Shown piece by piece: positions 8,318-19,144 of a DNA stretch of 27,425 bases. The stretch comes from a virus (lineage: Duplodnaviria; Caudoviricetes). The notes under the pieces were generated by a model. It searched no databases, had not been told where the DNA came from, and saw nothing but the letters and a program-made list of their open reading frames with translations. Positions within the stretch are counted from its first letter, which is position 1. Each line of letters starts with the position of its first letter. The position numbers and the translations under genes were made by a program. The stretch spans positions 1 through 27,425 of the IMG/VR virus record IMGVR_UViG_3300034523_000260; one strand, 5' to 3'.

Positions 8318-9055
8318 ATGCAAAAACGCAACGTAGCCTCCGTACTCAGAGAACTGCTCGCCCGCCACGGCCTGTCCCCCACAGAGCTGCATCGGCGCAC
8401 GGGCGTGCCTCAATCCACCCTGTCGCGGATTCTCAGCGAGAAGATCGTCGATCCTTCGGACAAGCATGTCTCGAAGATCGCCGAGTACTTCGGCGTGAGC
8501 ACCGACCAGTTGCGCGGCCGTGTCGAACTGGGCGAATCCCGTGACGCGGCCCCTCTCACTCAAGGCCATGCGGCCCTGAGCGACATTAGCTTGTGGGACG
8601 ATGAAACACCCGTCGAGGACGACGAGGTGTCCGTGCCTTTTCTTCGTGAGGTCGAGTTGGCAGCAGGATCAGGAAGATTCGTCATCGAGGAAAGCGAGAA
8701 TGCTCGCTTGCGTTTCGGCAAACGCAGCCTGCGCCACAATGGCGTGCAGTTTGACCATGCCAAGTGCGTGACGGTGCGTGGCAACAGCATGTTGCCGGTG
8801 CTGCGCGACGGCGCCACGGTCGGGGTCAACACCGGAAAATGTACCATCGGTGACATCATCGACGGTGACCTTTATGCCATCAACCACAACGGCCAGTTGC
8901 GGGTGAAGCAGGTGTACCGCCTGCCTACCGGCATTCGCCTGCGCAGCTTCAACCGCGACGAACACCCTGACGAGGACTACAGCTTCCAGCAAATGCAGGA
9001 AGAACAGATCAGCCTCCTCGGGCATGTCTTCTGGTGGGGCATGTACGCTCGTTGA
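8318..9055 (+). CDS. prtR: PrtR-like repressor (XRE HTH plus S24 autopeptidase)
   Basis: HTH (TELHRRTGVPQSTLSRI), AAGSG cleavage region, GNSM serine and LRVK lysine. Confidence 0.88.
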   Translation: MQKRNVASVLRELLARHGLSPTELHRRTGVPQSTLSRILSEKIVDPSDKHVSKIAEYFGVSTDQLRGRVELGESRDAAPLTQGHAALSDISLWDDETPVEDDEVSVPFLREVELAAGSGRFVIEESENARLRFGKRSLRHNGVQFDHAKCVTVRGNSMLPVLRDGATVGVNTGKCTIGDIIDGDLYAINHNGQLRVKQVYRLPTGIRLRSFNRDEHPDEDYSFQQMQEEQISLLGHVFWWGMYAR

Positions 9056-9069
9056 TACCGACCATCGAT

Positions 9070-9096
9070 AAAAACCCGCCTCGGCGGGTTTTTTTT
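9070..9096 (+). terminator. Intrinsic terminator after prtR
   Basis: AAAACCCGCC-tc-GGCGGGTTTTTTTT. Confidence 0.9.
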
Positions 9097-9139
9097 CGCC
9101 CTCAGAAAAGCCCTACACACCGCATCCGGTAAGGCCTTC

Positions 9140-9213
9140 ATGCATTTCGGCAAATTCCAATGCATAAATATTTCTGAAAATGCATTGACTGCATATGCAT
9201 ACATGCATAATCT
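9140..9213 (+). promoter_or_regulatory. Tailocin operon promoter with clustered ATGCAT operator-like boxes
   Basis: ATGCAT at 9140, 9160, 9180, 9195 and 9203, overlapping TTGACT-17bp-TAATCT. Another ATGCAT at 8302 before prtR. Confidence 0.65.
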
Positions 9214-9520
9214 GTGTCTCAAGCCGGTCAGCAACCGGTTGTTACACAGGCAGCGATGAACAGGCCTCGACTGTTCAGAGGGTTGGCAACTGGCCCGGGT
9301 GTGCAGCGTAAAGCACCACGATCAGTTATCCGGCGGGCAGGCGGCCGCGGTCGGAGTCACCAATTTGAAGCGCAACCGCACGGCGTCACCAGTCGTGGCC
9401 GGCGGTTAGACAGCGCATTACTGGAAAGCCTGCGACGCGGGCTTTCTGGAATGCCGAGTCAAACGATAAACAACGCCCCGCCAGCATGCCGCTGGCGGGC
9501 ATCACACAGGAGACAGGACA

Positions 9521-9868
9521 GTGACGAACGAGCAACAGACGTTGCTGGAAATGCCGCTCTGGCTGGTGATCGTCCTGGCATTGCTGGGCGGTCTTTCCGG
9601 CGAGATGTGGCGCGCCGACAAGGCTGGCGCCCGCGGCTGGGGGCTGCTCAGGCGGCTGGCGCTGCGCTCCGGGGCCTGCATGGTCTGCGGGGTGTCGACG
9701 GTCATGCTGCTCTACGCCAGTGGCATGTCGATCTGGAGTGCCAGCGCCTTCGGCTGCCTTACCGCCATGGCCGGCGCCGACGTGGCCATCGGCCTTTACG
9801 AGCGCTGGGCCGCTCGGCGGCTGGGGTTGGACGAGCAGCCTGCAACCGTGCGCCAGGATGAAGAATGA
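9521..9868 (+). CDS. Holin
   Basis: Small multi-TM protein, first gene of the tailocin operon. Confidence 0.85.
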   Translation: MTNEQQTLLEMPLWLVIVLALLGGLSGEMWRADKAGARGWGLLRRLALRSGACMVCGVSTVMLLYASGMSIWSASAFGCLTAMAGADVAIGLYERWAARRLGLDEQPATVRQDEE

Positions 9869-9892
9869 ACGCGTTAACAAGGAAGAGTGGCG

Positions 9893-10922
<1,030 letters not shown>

Positions 10923-10984
10923 GTCGCGTGCCGGGCCTTTGCGGGCCCGGCCTTCGCCGAACCGATCGTTCAAGGAGCACGCGC

Positions 10985-11482
10985 ATGAGCGAACTGGCCC
11001 AGTTGTACGCGGCCGTCACCACCATCCTGCGGGCGGCGTTGCCGGCCTTCGCCACGGTCGCCACGGAGGGCGACGACATTACCGAGCCGCCCCTGCCGGC
11101 CTTGGTGCATGGCGTGTTGCGCATGCGTGGCGACGAGGCGTTGCGTGACGGTCGCTCATTGCTGATGGCGACCTTCGAGGCCCGCGTCACCGCCCAGGGC
11201 ACCCCCGCGCAGGCACGGACGCAGGCCGGTGTGCTGGCGGCGCAGATGATCGATGTGCTGCGCCAGCAATCCTGGGGGCTCGATTACGTAGAGGGCGCAC
11301 GGGACATCTTCGCCGAAGCCGAGGGCTCCACCTGGCGGGTGCAATGGGAACAACCCATCCTGTTGGGCACTGTCCAGTGGCCTTGGCCCGACCAGCCGGC
11401 GAGCAGTCTGATGCTGGGATTTGCCCCGGACACCGGGCCCGGCAACCAGGACAAATACCTGTCACCGGAGGATCTGGCATGA
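10985..11482 (+). CDS. Tailocin protein, probable tail terminator/completion protein
   Basis: AAGGAG RBS, ATGA overlap with gpV, and position before the spike gene. Confidence 0.65.
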   Translation: MSELAQLYAAVTTILRAALPAFATVATEGDDITEPPLPALVHGVLRMRGDEALRDGRSLLMATFEARVTAQGTPAQARTQAGVLAAQMIDVLRQQSWGLDYVEGARDIFAEAEGSTWRVQWEQPILLGTVQWPWPDQPASSLMLGFAPDTGPGNQDKYLSPEDLA

Positions 11483-12039
11483 GCTACGCCAGTGCCATGC
11501 ACGACCGCATGCTGGCCAGCCTGGTGATCCCCTGTCGGGTGGTCGCGGTCGACTTGGCCGCAGCCCGGGTGCGGGTGTCCGACGGCGGCGGCTGGACCAG
11601 CGCCTGGGTGCGCTGGCATGCCCAGGCTGCCGGCAAGGCCCGCCACTGGCGAGTACCGAGCCTGGACGAGCAGGGGGTGCTGATCAGCGCCAGCGGCGAA
11701 CCGGCACTGGGCACCTTCGTCCCGGGGTTATACGGCAATGCCGGCACGGCGCCGGACAACCGCGACCATGTCGAGGTCTGGCGCTTCGACGACGGCGGCT
11801 CGCTGATCTACGACTGGCAGGCCAAGCGCTATGACATCCAGCTGCCCAGCGGCCAGGCCACGGTCAAGGTCGGCGCCAGCACCGTGGTGGTCAGCGACAA
11901 AGCCATCACCCTCGACGCTGCGTCGATCACCCTGACCGGCACGGTCGCCATCAATGGCCCGCTGACGGTCAGCGGTGACATCAACGGCGGTGGCCGGATC
12001 ATCGATACGGCCGGCAACACCGCCAATCACAAGCACTGA
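11479..12039 (+). CDS. Baseplate spike gpV
   Basis: [27 protein letters not shown] and terminal HKH metal-binding tip. Confidence 0.92.
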   Translation: MSYASAMHDRMLASLVIPCRVVAVDLAAARVRVSDGGGWTSAWVRWHAQAAGKARHWRVPSLDEQGVLISASGEPALGTFVPGLYGNAGTAPDNRDHVEVWRFDDGGSLIYDWQAKRYDIQLPSGQATVKVGASTVVVSDKAITLDAASITLTGTVAINGPLTVSGDINGGGRIIDTAGNTANHKH

Positions 12040-12058
12040 ACAAGGATCTGATCAGACC

Positions 12059-12703
12059 ATGAAAAAATTCAAACCCACTCTAGTCGCGCTCACCCTGCTG
12101 TGTAGCGTCATGGCTCCCGCTGCCTGGGCGGTAACTGCCCAGTCGTGGAACCTGGCCCGGGACATGTACATCGCGACGCAGAATGCAGCACCCGATTCGC
12201 CCTGGTCGTTCATGCAGAACAAGACCGCCGTCAATGCCGCGGCCAACTACACCCCGATGCCGACCTTCGTTGCAGACTCCTGCAGCGGCGCCAACGTCAC
12301 CTGCTGGCGGGACGATGCAACGGGTGCCTACGTGAGTGTTATCAAGAAGAGTTTCACGTTCACCGGCTCTGGTGGCAGTTTCGTCTTCAAGCAAGGTGAG
12401 GTGGCGACCCATCCGGGAGCCGAAAGCCAGAGCATCGTGCGCTGGGCCAGCCCGATCGCCGGCAAGATCAACGTGCTTGGCCGTGTGAACGACCTGCACA
12501 ACGCTTGTGGCGATGGCATCACATGGTCACTCAATCTCGGGGACAGCGTGTTGCAGTCGGGCAATCTGGCCAACGGCGGCAGCGCTGTCATCAAGGCAAG
12601 CGACGTCGAGGTGTCCACCACCTCGATGCTCTATCTGGTGATTGACAGGAAGGTCAGCAATGCGTGTGACGCTACCAGTCTGGATTTGCTGGTTACCAAC
12701 TGA
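12059..12703 (+). CDS. Secreted beta-rich hypothetical protein (cargo)
   Basis: Sec signal peptide ending AWA and four Cys in the mature part. No tail-protein similarity recognised. Confidence 0.8.
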   Translation: MKKFKPTLVALTLLCSVMAPAAWAVTAQSWNLARDMYIATQNAAPDSPWSFMQNKTAVNAAANYTPMPTFVADSCSGANVTCWRDDATGAYVSVIKKSFTFTGSGGSFVFKQGEVATHPGAESQSIVRWASPIAGKINVLGRVNDLHNACGDGITWSLNLGDSVLQSGNLANGGSAVIKASDVEVSTTSMLYLVIDRKVSNACDATSLDLLVTN

Positions 12704-12879
12704 CTCCCGCGGCGGGCATGCAGTCAATGCGCCGCCCGCGCACCAGATCCTGCGGTCCGGTAGCTGTTGCGTGAAGGCCGTGTGGTTTCTGGACAGCCCA
12801 AGGCCGCAACTGGCCTTCTCATCAAGGAGAACACTATGCCTACCTTTCCACGGGCCATGCCCGTGACCGACGGTGCGTC

Positions 12880-13206
12880 ATGATCGGCATGGACCGCCGC
12901 ACGGGATTGCCCCTGTCGGGCGTGGCCCACCTGCGTCAATCCATCGAAGACATCCTCACCACGCCGCTGGGCAGCCGGCGCATGCGCCCGGAGTACGGCA
13001 GCCAGCTGCGCCGCTACGTCGACCTGCCGGTCAACGAAGGCTGGAAGAGCGCAGTGCAGGCCGAAGTGGCCCGCGCCCTGGGGCGTTGGGAGCCGCGCCT
13101 GAAGCTGGAGCGGGTCAAGGTCGTAGCCGTGCTCGACGGCCAGGTCAGCCTGGCCCTGAGCGGCCGTTATCTAGGCGATGACGCCCTGGTGGAGGTGACT
13201 GTATGA
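12880..13206 (+). CDS. Baseplate wedge gpW/gp25
   Basis: HLRQSIEDILTTPLGSRRMRPEYGS and RWEPRL. Confidence 0.93.
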   Translation: MIGMDRRTGLPLSGVAHLRQSIEDILTTPLGSRRMRPEYGSQLRRYVDLPVNEGWKSAVQAEVARALGRWEPRLKLERVKVVAVLDGQVSLALSGRYLGDDALVEVTV

Positions 13207-14084
13207 GCCAGGTCGACCTGTCGAAATTGCCCGTTCCTCAACTGCTCGAAGATCTCGACTTCGAGGCTCTGTATCTGGAGGACCTTGCCAGCTTTCGCGC
13301 CCATATGGGCAATCGCTGGACCGCCAAACTAGAAAGCGATCCAGTGATCAAGCTGCTGGAGGTTGGCGCTTACCGCAAGTTGCTCAATCGGGCGCGGGTC
13401 AACGACGCGGCCAAGGCTTTGCTGTTGGCCTACGCCAAGGAAGGCGACCTCGACCAGCTGGCAGCCAATGTCAGCCTGCAACGCCTGGTTATCCGGGCCG
13501 CGAACCCGAACACGATCCCGCCGACCGAGCTCCTCCTCGAGTCCGACGACGCGCTACGCGAAAGGGTGCAACTGGTATACGAGGGGCTGACCACGGCCGG
13601 CCCGCGCAACAGTTACATCCTCCATGCCCGCAACGCCTCGGGACGGGTCGCCGACGCCACCGCCGAAAGCCCGTCGCCTGCGGTGGTAGACGTCACGGTA
13701 CTGAGTCTGGACGGTAATGGTATGGCCGGCCCGCCACTGCTGGCGCAAGTCGCCAACTACCTCAACGACGACGATATCCGCCCGGTTGCTGATCGGGTCA
13801 ACGTGCGCAGTGCAGAGATCTTGCCCTATCGCGTCGAGGCGGTGCTGCACATGGCTGACAGTGGCCCGGAGTACGAAACGATACTCGACGAATGCCGACG
13901 GCGCCTGGAGCTGTGGGTCAACCCACGGCGACGATTGGGCGTCGAGGTAGCCCGCTCCGGTGTCGACGCACAGTTGCACATCGAGGGCGTGAGCCGGGTC
14001 GAACTGGTGAACTGGACCGATATTCGCCCCACCAAGGCACAAGCAGCCTGGTGCACCGGCATCGACCTCAAGCGCGGTGGCTGA
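13203..14084 (+). CDS. Baseplate protein gpJ
   Basis: DLSKLPVP, ESDP, AGPRNSY and RPVADRV motifs. Confidence 0.93.
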   Translation: MSQVDLSKLPVPQLLEDLDFEALYLEDLASFRAHMGNRWTAKLESDPVIKLLEVGAYRKLLNRARVNDAAKALLLAYAKEGDLDQLAANVSLQRLVIRAANPNTIPPTELLLESDDALRERVQLVYEGLTTAGPRNSYILHARNASGRVADATAESPSPAVVDVTVLSLDGNGMAGPPLLAQVANYLNDDDIRPVADRVNVRSAEILPYRVEAVLHMADSGPEYETILDECRRRLELWVNPRRRLGVEVARSGVDAQLHIEGVSRVELVNWTDIRPTKAQAAWCTGIDLKRGG

Positions 14085-14694
14085 CATGGATACGCTCTTG
14101 CCGCTCAACCATACGCCACTGGAATACGCTCTGCAGGCGGCTGCAGACGAAGACCTCAAGGTCAGCCTGCGTACCCTCTACAACCCGGATACCTGCCCGG
14201 CGCACCTGTTGTACCAGCTGGCCTGGGCCTGGTCGGTGGATCGCTGGGACGACCGCTGGAGCGAGTCGATCAAACGCTCGGTGATCCGCTCGGCGTTCTT
14301 CGTCCACGCCCACAAGGGCACCCTCGGCGCTCTCAGGCGGGTGGTCGAGCCGTTCGGCTACCTGATCGAAGTCGAGGAGTGGTGGCAGACGCAGCCTGCC
14401 GGGGTGCCAGGAACATTTGCCTTGAAACTCGGGGTAACTGACGCCGGCATCAGCGAAGAAACATACAACGAACTGTCGTCGCAGATCGACGATGCCCGAC
14501 CGGTCAGCCGCCACCTGACCGGCCTGGTGATCAGCCTCGAAAGCCGTGGCGCCTTCTACCTGGGCTGCGCGTTGCAGGACGGCGATGAACTCGACGTCTA
14601 CCCACCGGCGCCCCCTGACCTCATCGTCAGCGGTGCGATCGGACGCGGTGGCCGGGAACACACAATCGATACCTTGGACATTGCACATGGTTGA
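14077..14694 (+). CDS. Tail protein gpI
   Basis: LLPLN, CPAHLLYQLAWAWSVDRWD and HKGT. Confidence 0.92.
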   Translation: MADMDTLLPLNHTPLEYALQAAADEDLKVSLRTLYNPDTCPAHLLYQLAWAWSVDRWDDRWSESIKRSVIRSAFFVHAHKGTLGALRRVVEPFGYLIEVEEWWQTQPAGVPGTFALKLGVTDAGISEETYNELSSQIDDARPVSRHLTGLVISLESRGAFYLGCALQDGDELDVYPPAPPDLIVSGAIGRGGREHTIDTLDIAHG

Positions 14695-16321
14695 CCAGAA
14701 TTCACAGTTCTACGCCATCCTCACCAAAGTGGGCGCGGCAAAGCAGGCCAACGCGGATGCCTTGGGCATTCCGTGGAAAATCACCCAGATGGGGGTGGGC
14801 GATGCCAATGGCCTCGACCCCACGCCTAATGCCACCCAGACCAGCCTGATCAACGAATGGCGTCGCGCACCGCTGAATCAGCTCAAGGTGGACGACAAGG
14901 ACAGTTCGGTGATCGTCGCCGAGCAGGTCATCCCCGCAGAAGTAGGAGGGCGTTGGATCCGCGAAGTCGCGTTGTACGACGCTGACGGCGACATGGTCGC
15001 CGTGGCCAACTGCGCACCCACCTACAAACCGCTGCTTAGCCAGGGCTCGGGCCGTACCCAGGTGGTACGCCTGAACCTGATCGTCAGCACCGCCAGCCTG
15101 GTACAGCTGAAGATCGATCCTGCGGTTGTCCTCGCTACCCGTGAATGGGTCACTGAGGAGCTGGCCAGGCAGGACTTCAAGTATTCGGTGCAGGCTGCCA
15201 CCACCGGTCCCATCACTTTGAATGGGTTGCAGACCATTGATGGGGTCGCGCTGCTGGCTGGGGCCCGGGTACTGGTGAAAAATCAGGCAGCAGCCAAGGA
15301 CAACGGCTTGTACCAGGTCGGTGCAAGTGCCTGGGTTCGCAGCAGCGATGCCAATACCGATGCCAAGGTCACACCTGGCTTGCTGGTGCTGGTGGAGAAG
15401 GGCACGGTCAATGGCGACAGCGGTTGGCAGCTGGTCACCGATGCAACGATCACATTGGGTGTGACGGCCCTGGCGTTCGAGATGGCGTTTGGCCGCACTG
15501 GTGTAGCTGAGGGTACGTATCGGAGCGTGCAGGTCGATAAGTATGGTCGTGTGGTTTCGGCGGGCAATCCGACCACCGTGGCGGATTACGGCATCACCGA
15601 CGCCTATACCAAGAACGAAGTCTTCACCCGGGCGGAAACCTCGAATGCCGTAGCGCAGGCGGTTGCGGCCCTGGTTGGTTCGGCACCGGCCGCGCTGGAC
15701 CAGCTCAACGAACTGGCGGCCGCGATCGGCAACGATCCGAACTTTGCTGCCACGATGGTCAACGAGCTGTCGAAGAAGGCCACCATCGAGCAGGTCAATG
15801 CCATTGCTGGCCTGACTGCCGGCCATGTCGCCCACTTCGCGATGAGCGTGCCACCAGCGGGTTGGCTGAAGCGTAACGGTGCTGCGGTTTCGCGCGTGAC
15901 CTATGCGCGCTTGTTCGCGGTCATCGGTACCCAGTTTGGCGCCGGTGATGGCTCGACGACGTTCAACCTGCCTGACGACCGTGGCTATTTCGACCGTGGT
16001 TGGTCGGACGGCCGCAATGTTGACCCTGGTCGGGCGTTGTTCACCGACCAGGCCAGCCAGAACCTCGAGCACGCCCACTCCGGGGCCACTTCGGCCGCAG
16101 GCGCCCACGCGCACGTGTCCCTGCTGGTGAGAGAACGTATCGCTGCGGCAATGGTCACCAGTGGCGGTAACGCCGTGCTCGGTGATGAGATGGGCGATGG
16201 CGTGAACGCAGTCAACACCGACACGGCGCCGGCCCATGCCCACAGCTTCGTCACCAGCGTCAGCGGCGGCAACGAATCCAGGCCGTTCAACCGGGCCTAT
16301 CTGGCCTGTATCAAATATTGA
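14687..16321 (+). CDS. Tail fibre protein
   Basis: P2 gpH-like N-terminus (ILTKVG, MGVGD, WIREVALYD) and collar domain (GWLKRNG...YARLF...FNLPD). Confidence 0.92.
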   Translation: MVDQNSQFYAILTKVGAAKQANADALGIPWKITQMGVGDANGLDPTPNATQTSLINEWRRAPLNQLKVDDKDSSVIVAEQVIPAEVGGRWIREVALYDADGDMVAVANCAPTYKPLLSQGSGRTQVVRLNLIVSTASLVQLKIDPAVVLATREWVTEELARQDFKYSVQAATTGPITLNGLQTIDGVALLAGARVLVKNQAAAKDNGLYQVGASAWVRSSDANTDAKVTPGLLVLVEKGTVNGDSGWQLVTDATITLGVTALAFEMAFGRTGVAEGTYRSVQVDKYGRVVSAGNPTTVADYGITDAYTKNEVFTRAETSNAVAQAVAALVGSAPAALDQLNELAAAIGNDPNFAATMVNELSKKATIEQVNAIAGLTAGHVAHFAMSVPPAGWLKRNGAAVSRVTYARLFAVIGTQFGAGDGSTTFNLPDDRGYFDRGWSDGRNVDPGRALFTDQASQNLEHAHSGATSAAGAHAHVSLLVRERIAAAMVTSGGNAVLGDEMGDGVNAVNTDTAPAHAHSFVTSVSGGNESRPFNRAYLACIKY

Positions 16322-16329
16322 GAGTGCCC

Positions 16330-17037
16330 ATGACCGATCAAATCAATCAAGGCGCAGTGGCTGCGGTGCAGTTCTACCAAGCTGTCGCCGCCGCTTGGTG
16401 GCAACAGGCCGGTGTCGTTGCCCCCCTGGTGTGCAACGTCGACCCTGCCAGTGGTGAGTTTCTCGGAGCCTGCGCGGCCGATCCCAGCCCGCTCGAACCC
16501 GGAATCTGGCTGATACCGGCCCATAGCTATTCCATACAACCGCCTGAGTTGAAGGCCGGTTTCGCCGCCATCGTCACGCAAGACGGCAAGCACTGGGACC
16601 AAGTGGTCGATCATCGAGGCGTAACGGTGTATCGCACCGCCGACGGTGAGGCGCAGGCCTGGTCCAGGCTGGGCGAGCTGCCTGAAGACTTCACGCTGCA
16701 AGCACCGACCTCGGACTTCGACATCTGGAACGGCAGTGCCTGGGTTATCGACCACGTGGCCAGAGGCAAGGCGCTACGCCAATCGGGCGCCCACAAGCAG
16801 GCACTGTTGGTCCGATATGCCACGCTGCGCATTTCCACCTTGCAGGACGCCGTTGCGCTGGAAATGGCAACAGATGCCGAAGCAACGGCGTTGACAGCCT
16901 GGAAACGCTACCGGATCGAACTGAACCGGTTGGACCTCTCGGACACAGCGCCAACTGCCGAAAGTTGGCCGTCCTGCCCTGACGAGACGGCGGCTGCCGA
17001 CTGGCTGATCAGCCAAGGCTTCGAAGAAGTCGCCTAA
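16330..17037 (+). CDS. Tail fibre assembly chaperone
   Basis: ADPSPLEPG, DHRG and LQDAV...WKRYRIELNR motifs, directly after the fibre gene. Confidence 0.85.
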   Translation: MTDQINQGAVAAVQFYQAVAAAWWQQAGVVAPLVCNVDPASGEFLGACAADPSPLEPGIWLIPAHSYSIQPPELKAGFAAIVTQDGKHWDQVVDHRGVTVYRTADGEAQAWSRLGELPEDFTLQAPTSDFDIWNGSAWVIDHVARGKALRQSGAHKQALLVRYATLRISTLQDAVALEMATDAEATALTAWKRYRIELNRLDLSDTAPTAESWPSCPDETAAADWLISQGFEEVA

Positions 17038-17088
17038 ATCTGAGCGCCCGCAGCGCCGGGTGTTTTCCTACACCGATCCACCCCTTCC

Positions 17089-17113
17089 AGGCCCTGCACG
17101 CGCAGGGCCTTTT
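17089..17113 (+). terminator. Terminator-like hairpin before the sheath gene
   Basis: AGGCCCTGC-acgc-GCAGGGCCT-TTT. Confidence 0.55.
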
Positions 17114-17139
17114 CACACCTGAACCTGGAGCAAACCTAC

Positions 17140-18306
17140 ATGAGTGGATTCTTCCACGGCGTCACCGTGACCAATGTCGACACGGGTGCCCGCAACATCG
17201 CGTTGCCTTCGTCCTCGATCATCGGCCTGATCGATACCTTCACCGAAGGCCCGGGCGTCACCGCAAAGGCCAATGATCTGATGCTCATCACCAGCGAGCG
17301 CGAAGCAGTGGCTGCGTTCGGTGGCAATGCCGCCATCACCAAGGCCTGCCGCGCCGTCTTCGCTCGCGCCAAGGCGGTTATCGTCGCCTGTGGCGTGGCC
17401 AAGCTGGATGACACCGCCGAACAGATCTCGGCGATCATCGGTACCGTCGGTATCAACGGCAAGCGTACCGGCCTGCAAGCGTTGCTCGATGGCAAGAGCC
17501 GATTCAACGCTCAGCCGCGCTTGCTGATAGTACCGGGCTACAGCTCGGTCGACACCATCGCCACAGCCCTGGTGACCCTGGCCGACAAACTGCGTGGGAT
17601 CGCCATCCTGGATGGTCCCAACACCACCGAAGAGCAAGTGCTTGCCTACGCCAAGCAGTTTGGCGCCAAGCGGGCCTTCATGGTCGACCCCGGCGTGCGC
17701 TATTGGGACAACGAGGCCCAGGCCACCGTCGATGCACCGGCGTCGGCCTGGGTCGCCGGCCTGTTCGCCTACACCGACCGTGAGTACGGCTTCTGGGCCT
17801 CGCCGTCGAACAAGGAGTTAGTCGGCATCACCGGCACCACCCGCGCCGTGGAGTTCCTCGATGGCGACGACACCTGCCGCGCCAACCTGCTGAACAACGC
17901 CAACATCGCCACCATCATCCGCGACGACGGCTTCCGCCTGTGGGGCAACCGCACCCTGTCGAGCGACCCGAAATGGGCCTTCGTCACCCGCGTGCGCACC
18001 ATGGACATCGTCATGGACGCGATCCTCTACGGCCACAAGTGGGCGGTCGACCGTTCCATCACCGCCACCTACGTCAAGGACGTCACCGAGGGCCTGCAGG
18101 CCTTCATGCGCGATCTGAAGAACCAGGGCGCGATCATCAACTTCGAGGTCTTCGCCGATCCGGAGCTGAACACCGCCAGCCAGCTGGAGCAGGGCAAGGT
18201 GTACTGGAACATCCGCTTCACCGATGTGCCGCCTGCCGAAAACCCCAATTTCCGCGTCGAAGTCACCAACCAGTGGCTGACCGAAGTCCTCGATTCCGCC
18301 GCTTAA
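17140..18306 (+). CDS. Contractile tail sheath (gpFI-like)
   Basis: FFHGV, GFWASPSN and GFRLWGNRT, 388 aa. Confidence 0.95.
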   Translation: MSGFFHGVTVTNVDTGARNIALPSSSIIGLIDTFTEGPGVTAKANDLMLITSEREAVAAFGGNAAITKACRAVFARAKAVIVACGVAKLDDTAEQISAIIGTVGINGKRTGLQALLDGKSRFNAQPRLLIVPGYSSVDTIATALVTLADKLRGIAILDGPNTTEEQVLAYAKQFGAKRAFMVDPGVRYWDNEAQATVDAPASAWVAGLFAYTDREYGFWASPSNKELVGITGTTRAVEFLDGDDTCRANLLNNANIATIIRDDGFRLWGNRTLSSDPKWAFVTRVRTMDIVMDAILYGHKWAVDRSITATYVKDVTEGLQAFMRDLKNQGAIINFEVFADPELNTASQLEQGKVYWNIRFTDVPPAENPNFRVEVTNQWLTEVLDSAA

Positions 18307-18319
18307 GGAGCGCACCTAC

Positions 18320-18829
18320 ATGGCAATGATTCCCGAAACACTGGCCAACCTGAACCTGTTCGTCGATGGCGTCAGCTTCCAGGGCGACGTGCCCAGCCTG
18401 ACCCTGCCCAAGCTCACCCTGAAGATGGAAGAGCACCGCCCCGGCGGCATGGACATGCCGGTCGAGATGGACCAGGGCATGGAGAAGCAAGAAGCCGCCT
18501 TCACCACCACCGGCGTGCGCCGCGAGTCGCTGAAGTTCTTCGGCCTGGCCGACGGCACCGCCTTCAACGGCACCTTCCGCGGTGCCTTCAAGGGCCTCAA
18601 GGGCAAGATCAACCCGGTCATCGTCACCCTGCGCGGTTCGCTGAAAGAGATTGACATGGGCGACTGGAAGTCCGGCGACAAGGCTGAAATCAAGCACAGC
18701 GTCGCCGTTACCTACTACAAGCTCGAAGTCGATGGCCGCCTGGTCTACGAAATCGACGCCCTGGGCATGAAGCGGGTGATCGACGGTGTCGACCAGCTGG
18801 CCGCCCAGCGCGCCGCCCTGGGTCTTTAA
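18320..18829 (+). CDS. Tail tube (gpFII-like)
   Basis: LPKLTLKMEEHRPGGMD and YYKLEVDG. Confidence 0.95.
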   Translation: MAMIPETLANLNLFVDGVSFQGDVPSLTLPKLTLKMEEHRPGGMDMPVEMDQGMEKQEAAFTTTGVRRESLKFFGLADGTAFNGTFRGAFKGLKGKINPVIVTLRGSLKEIDMGDWKSGDKAEIKHSVAVTYYKLEVDGRLVYEIDALGMKRVIDGVDQLAAQRAALGL

Positions 18830-18841
18830 GGAGAACGCTCG

Positions 18842-19144
18842 ATGGCTCAAGCGAAGAAACTGCCGCAATGGCTGACCGTCAACGCCGAGCGCGTGACCGT
18901 GCGCCTGTCGCGCCCCAGCGAAACCAATGGCGTGCAGGTCGATAGCCTGTCTCTACGCGCGCCGACCGTGCGAGACATCCGCAACGCACAGGCTGGTGGC
19001 GTGGCTGACGACGAGCAGCGCGAACTGAACTTGTTCGCTTCACTCGCCGAGGTTGGCGTCAAGGACCTCGAGGGCCTGGCCCTGAAGGATTACAGCCGCC
19101 TGCAGACGGGCTACTTTCGCCTGGTGCAGGACGACGAGGTTTGA
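18842..19144 (+). CDS. Tail assembly chaperone (gpE/gp41-like)
   Basis: LRAPTVRD motif, located between the tube and tape measure genes. Confidence 0.88.
   Translation: MAQAKKLPQWLTVNAERVTVRLSRPSETNGVQVDSLSLRAPTVRDIRNAQAGGVADDEQRELNLFASLAEVGVKDLEGLALKDYSRLQTGYFRLVQDDEV

Noticed and set aside
7713-8336. 207-aa plus-strand ORF
   Set aside because: Spans the att junction and the mutS start antisense, with no recognisable motifs.
9214-9861. 215-aa ORF over the leader and holin
   Set aside because: Arg-rich off-frame shadow overlapping the well-supported holin.
14702-16243. Long antisense ORFs (also 3540-4433, 22284-23249, 25886-26824)
   Set aside because: Mirror frames of real genes, expected from codon bias in GC-rich DNA.
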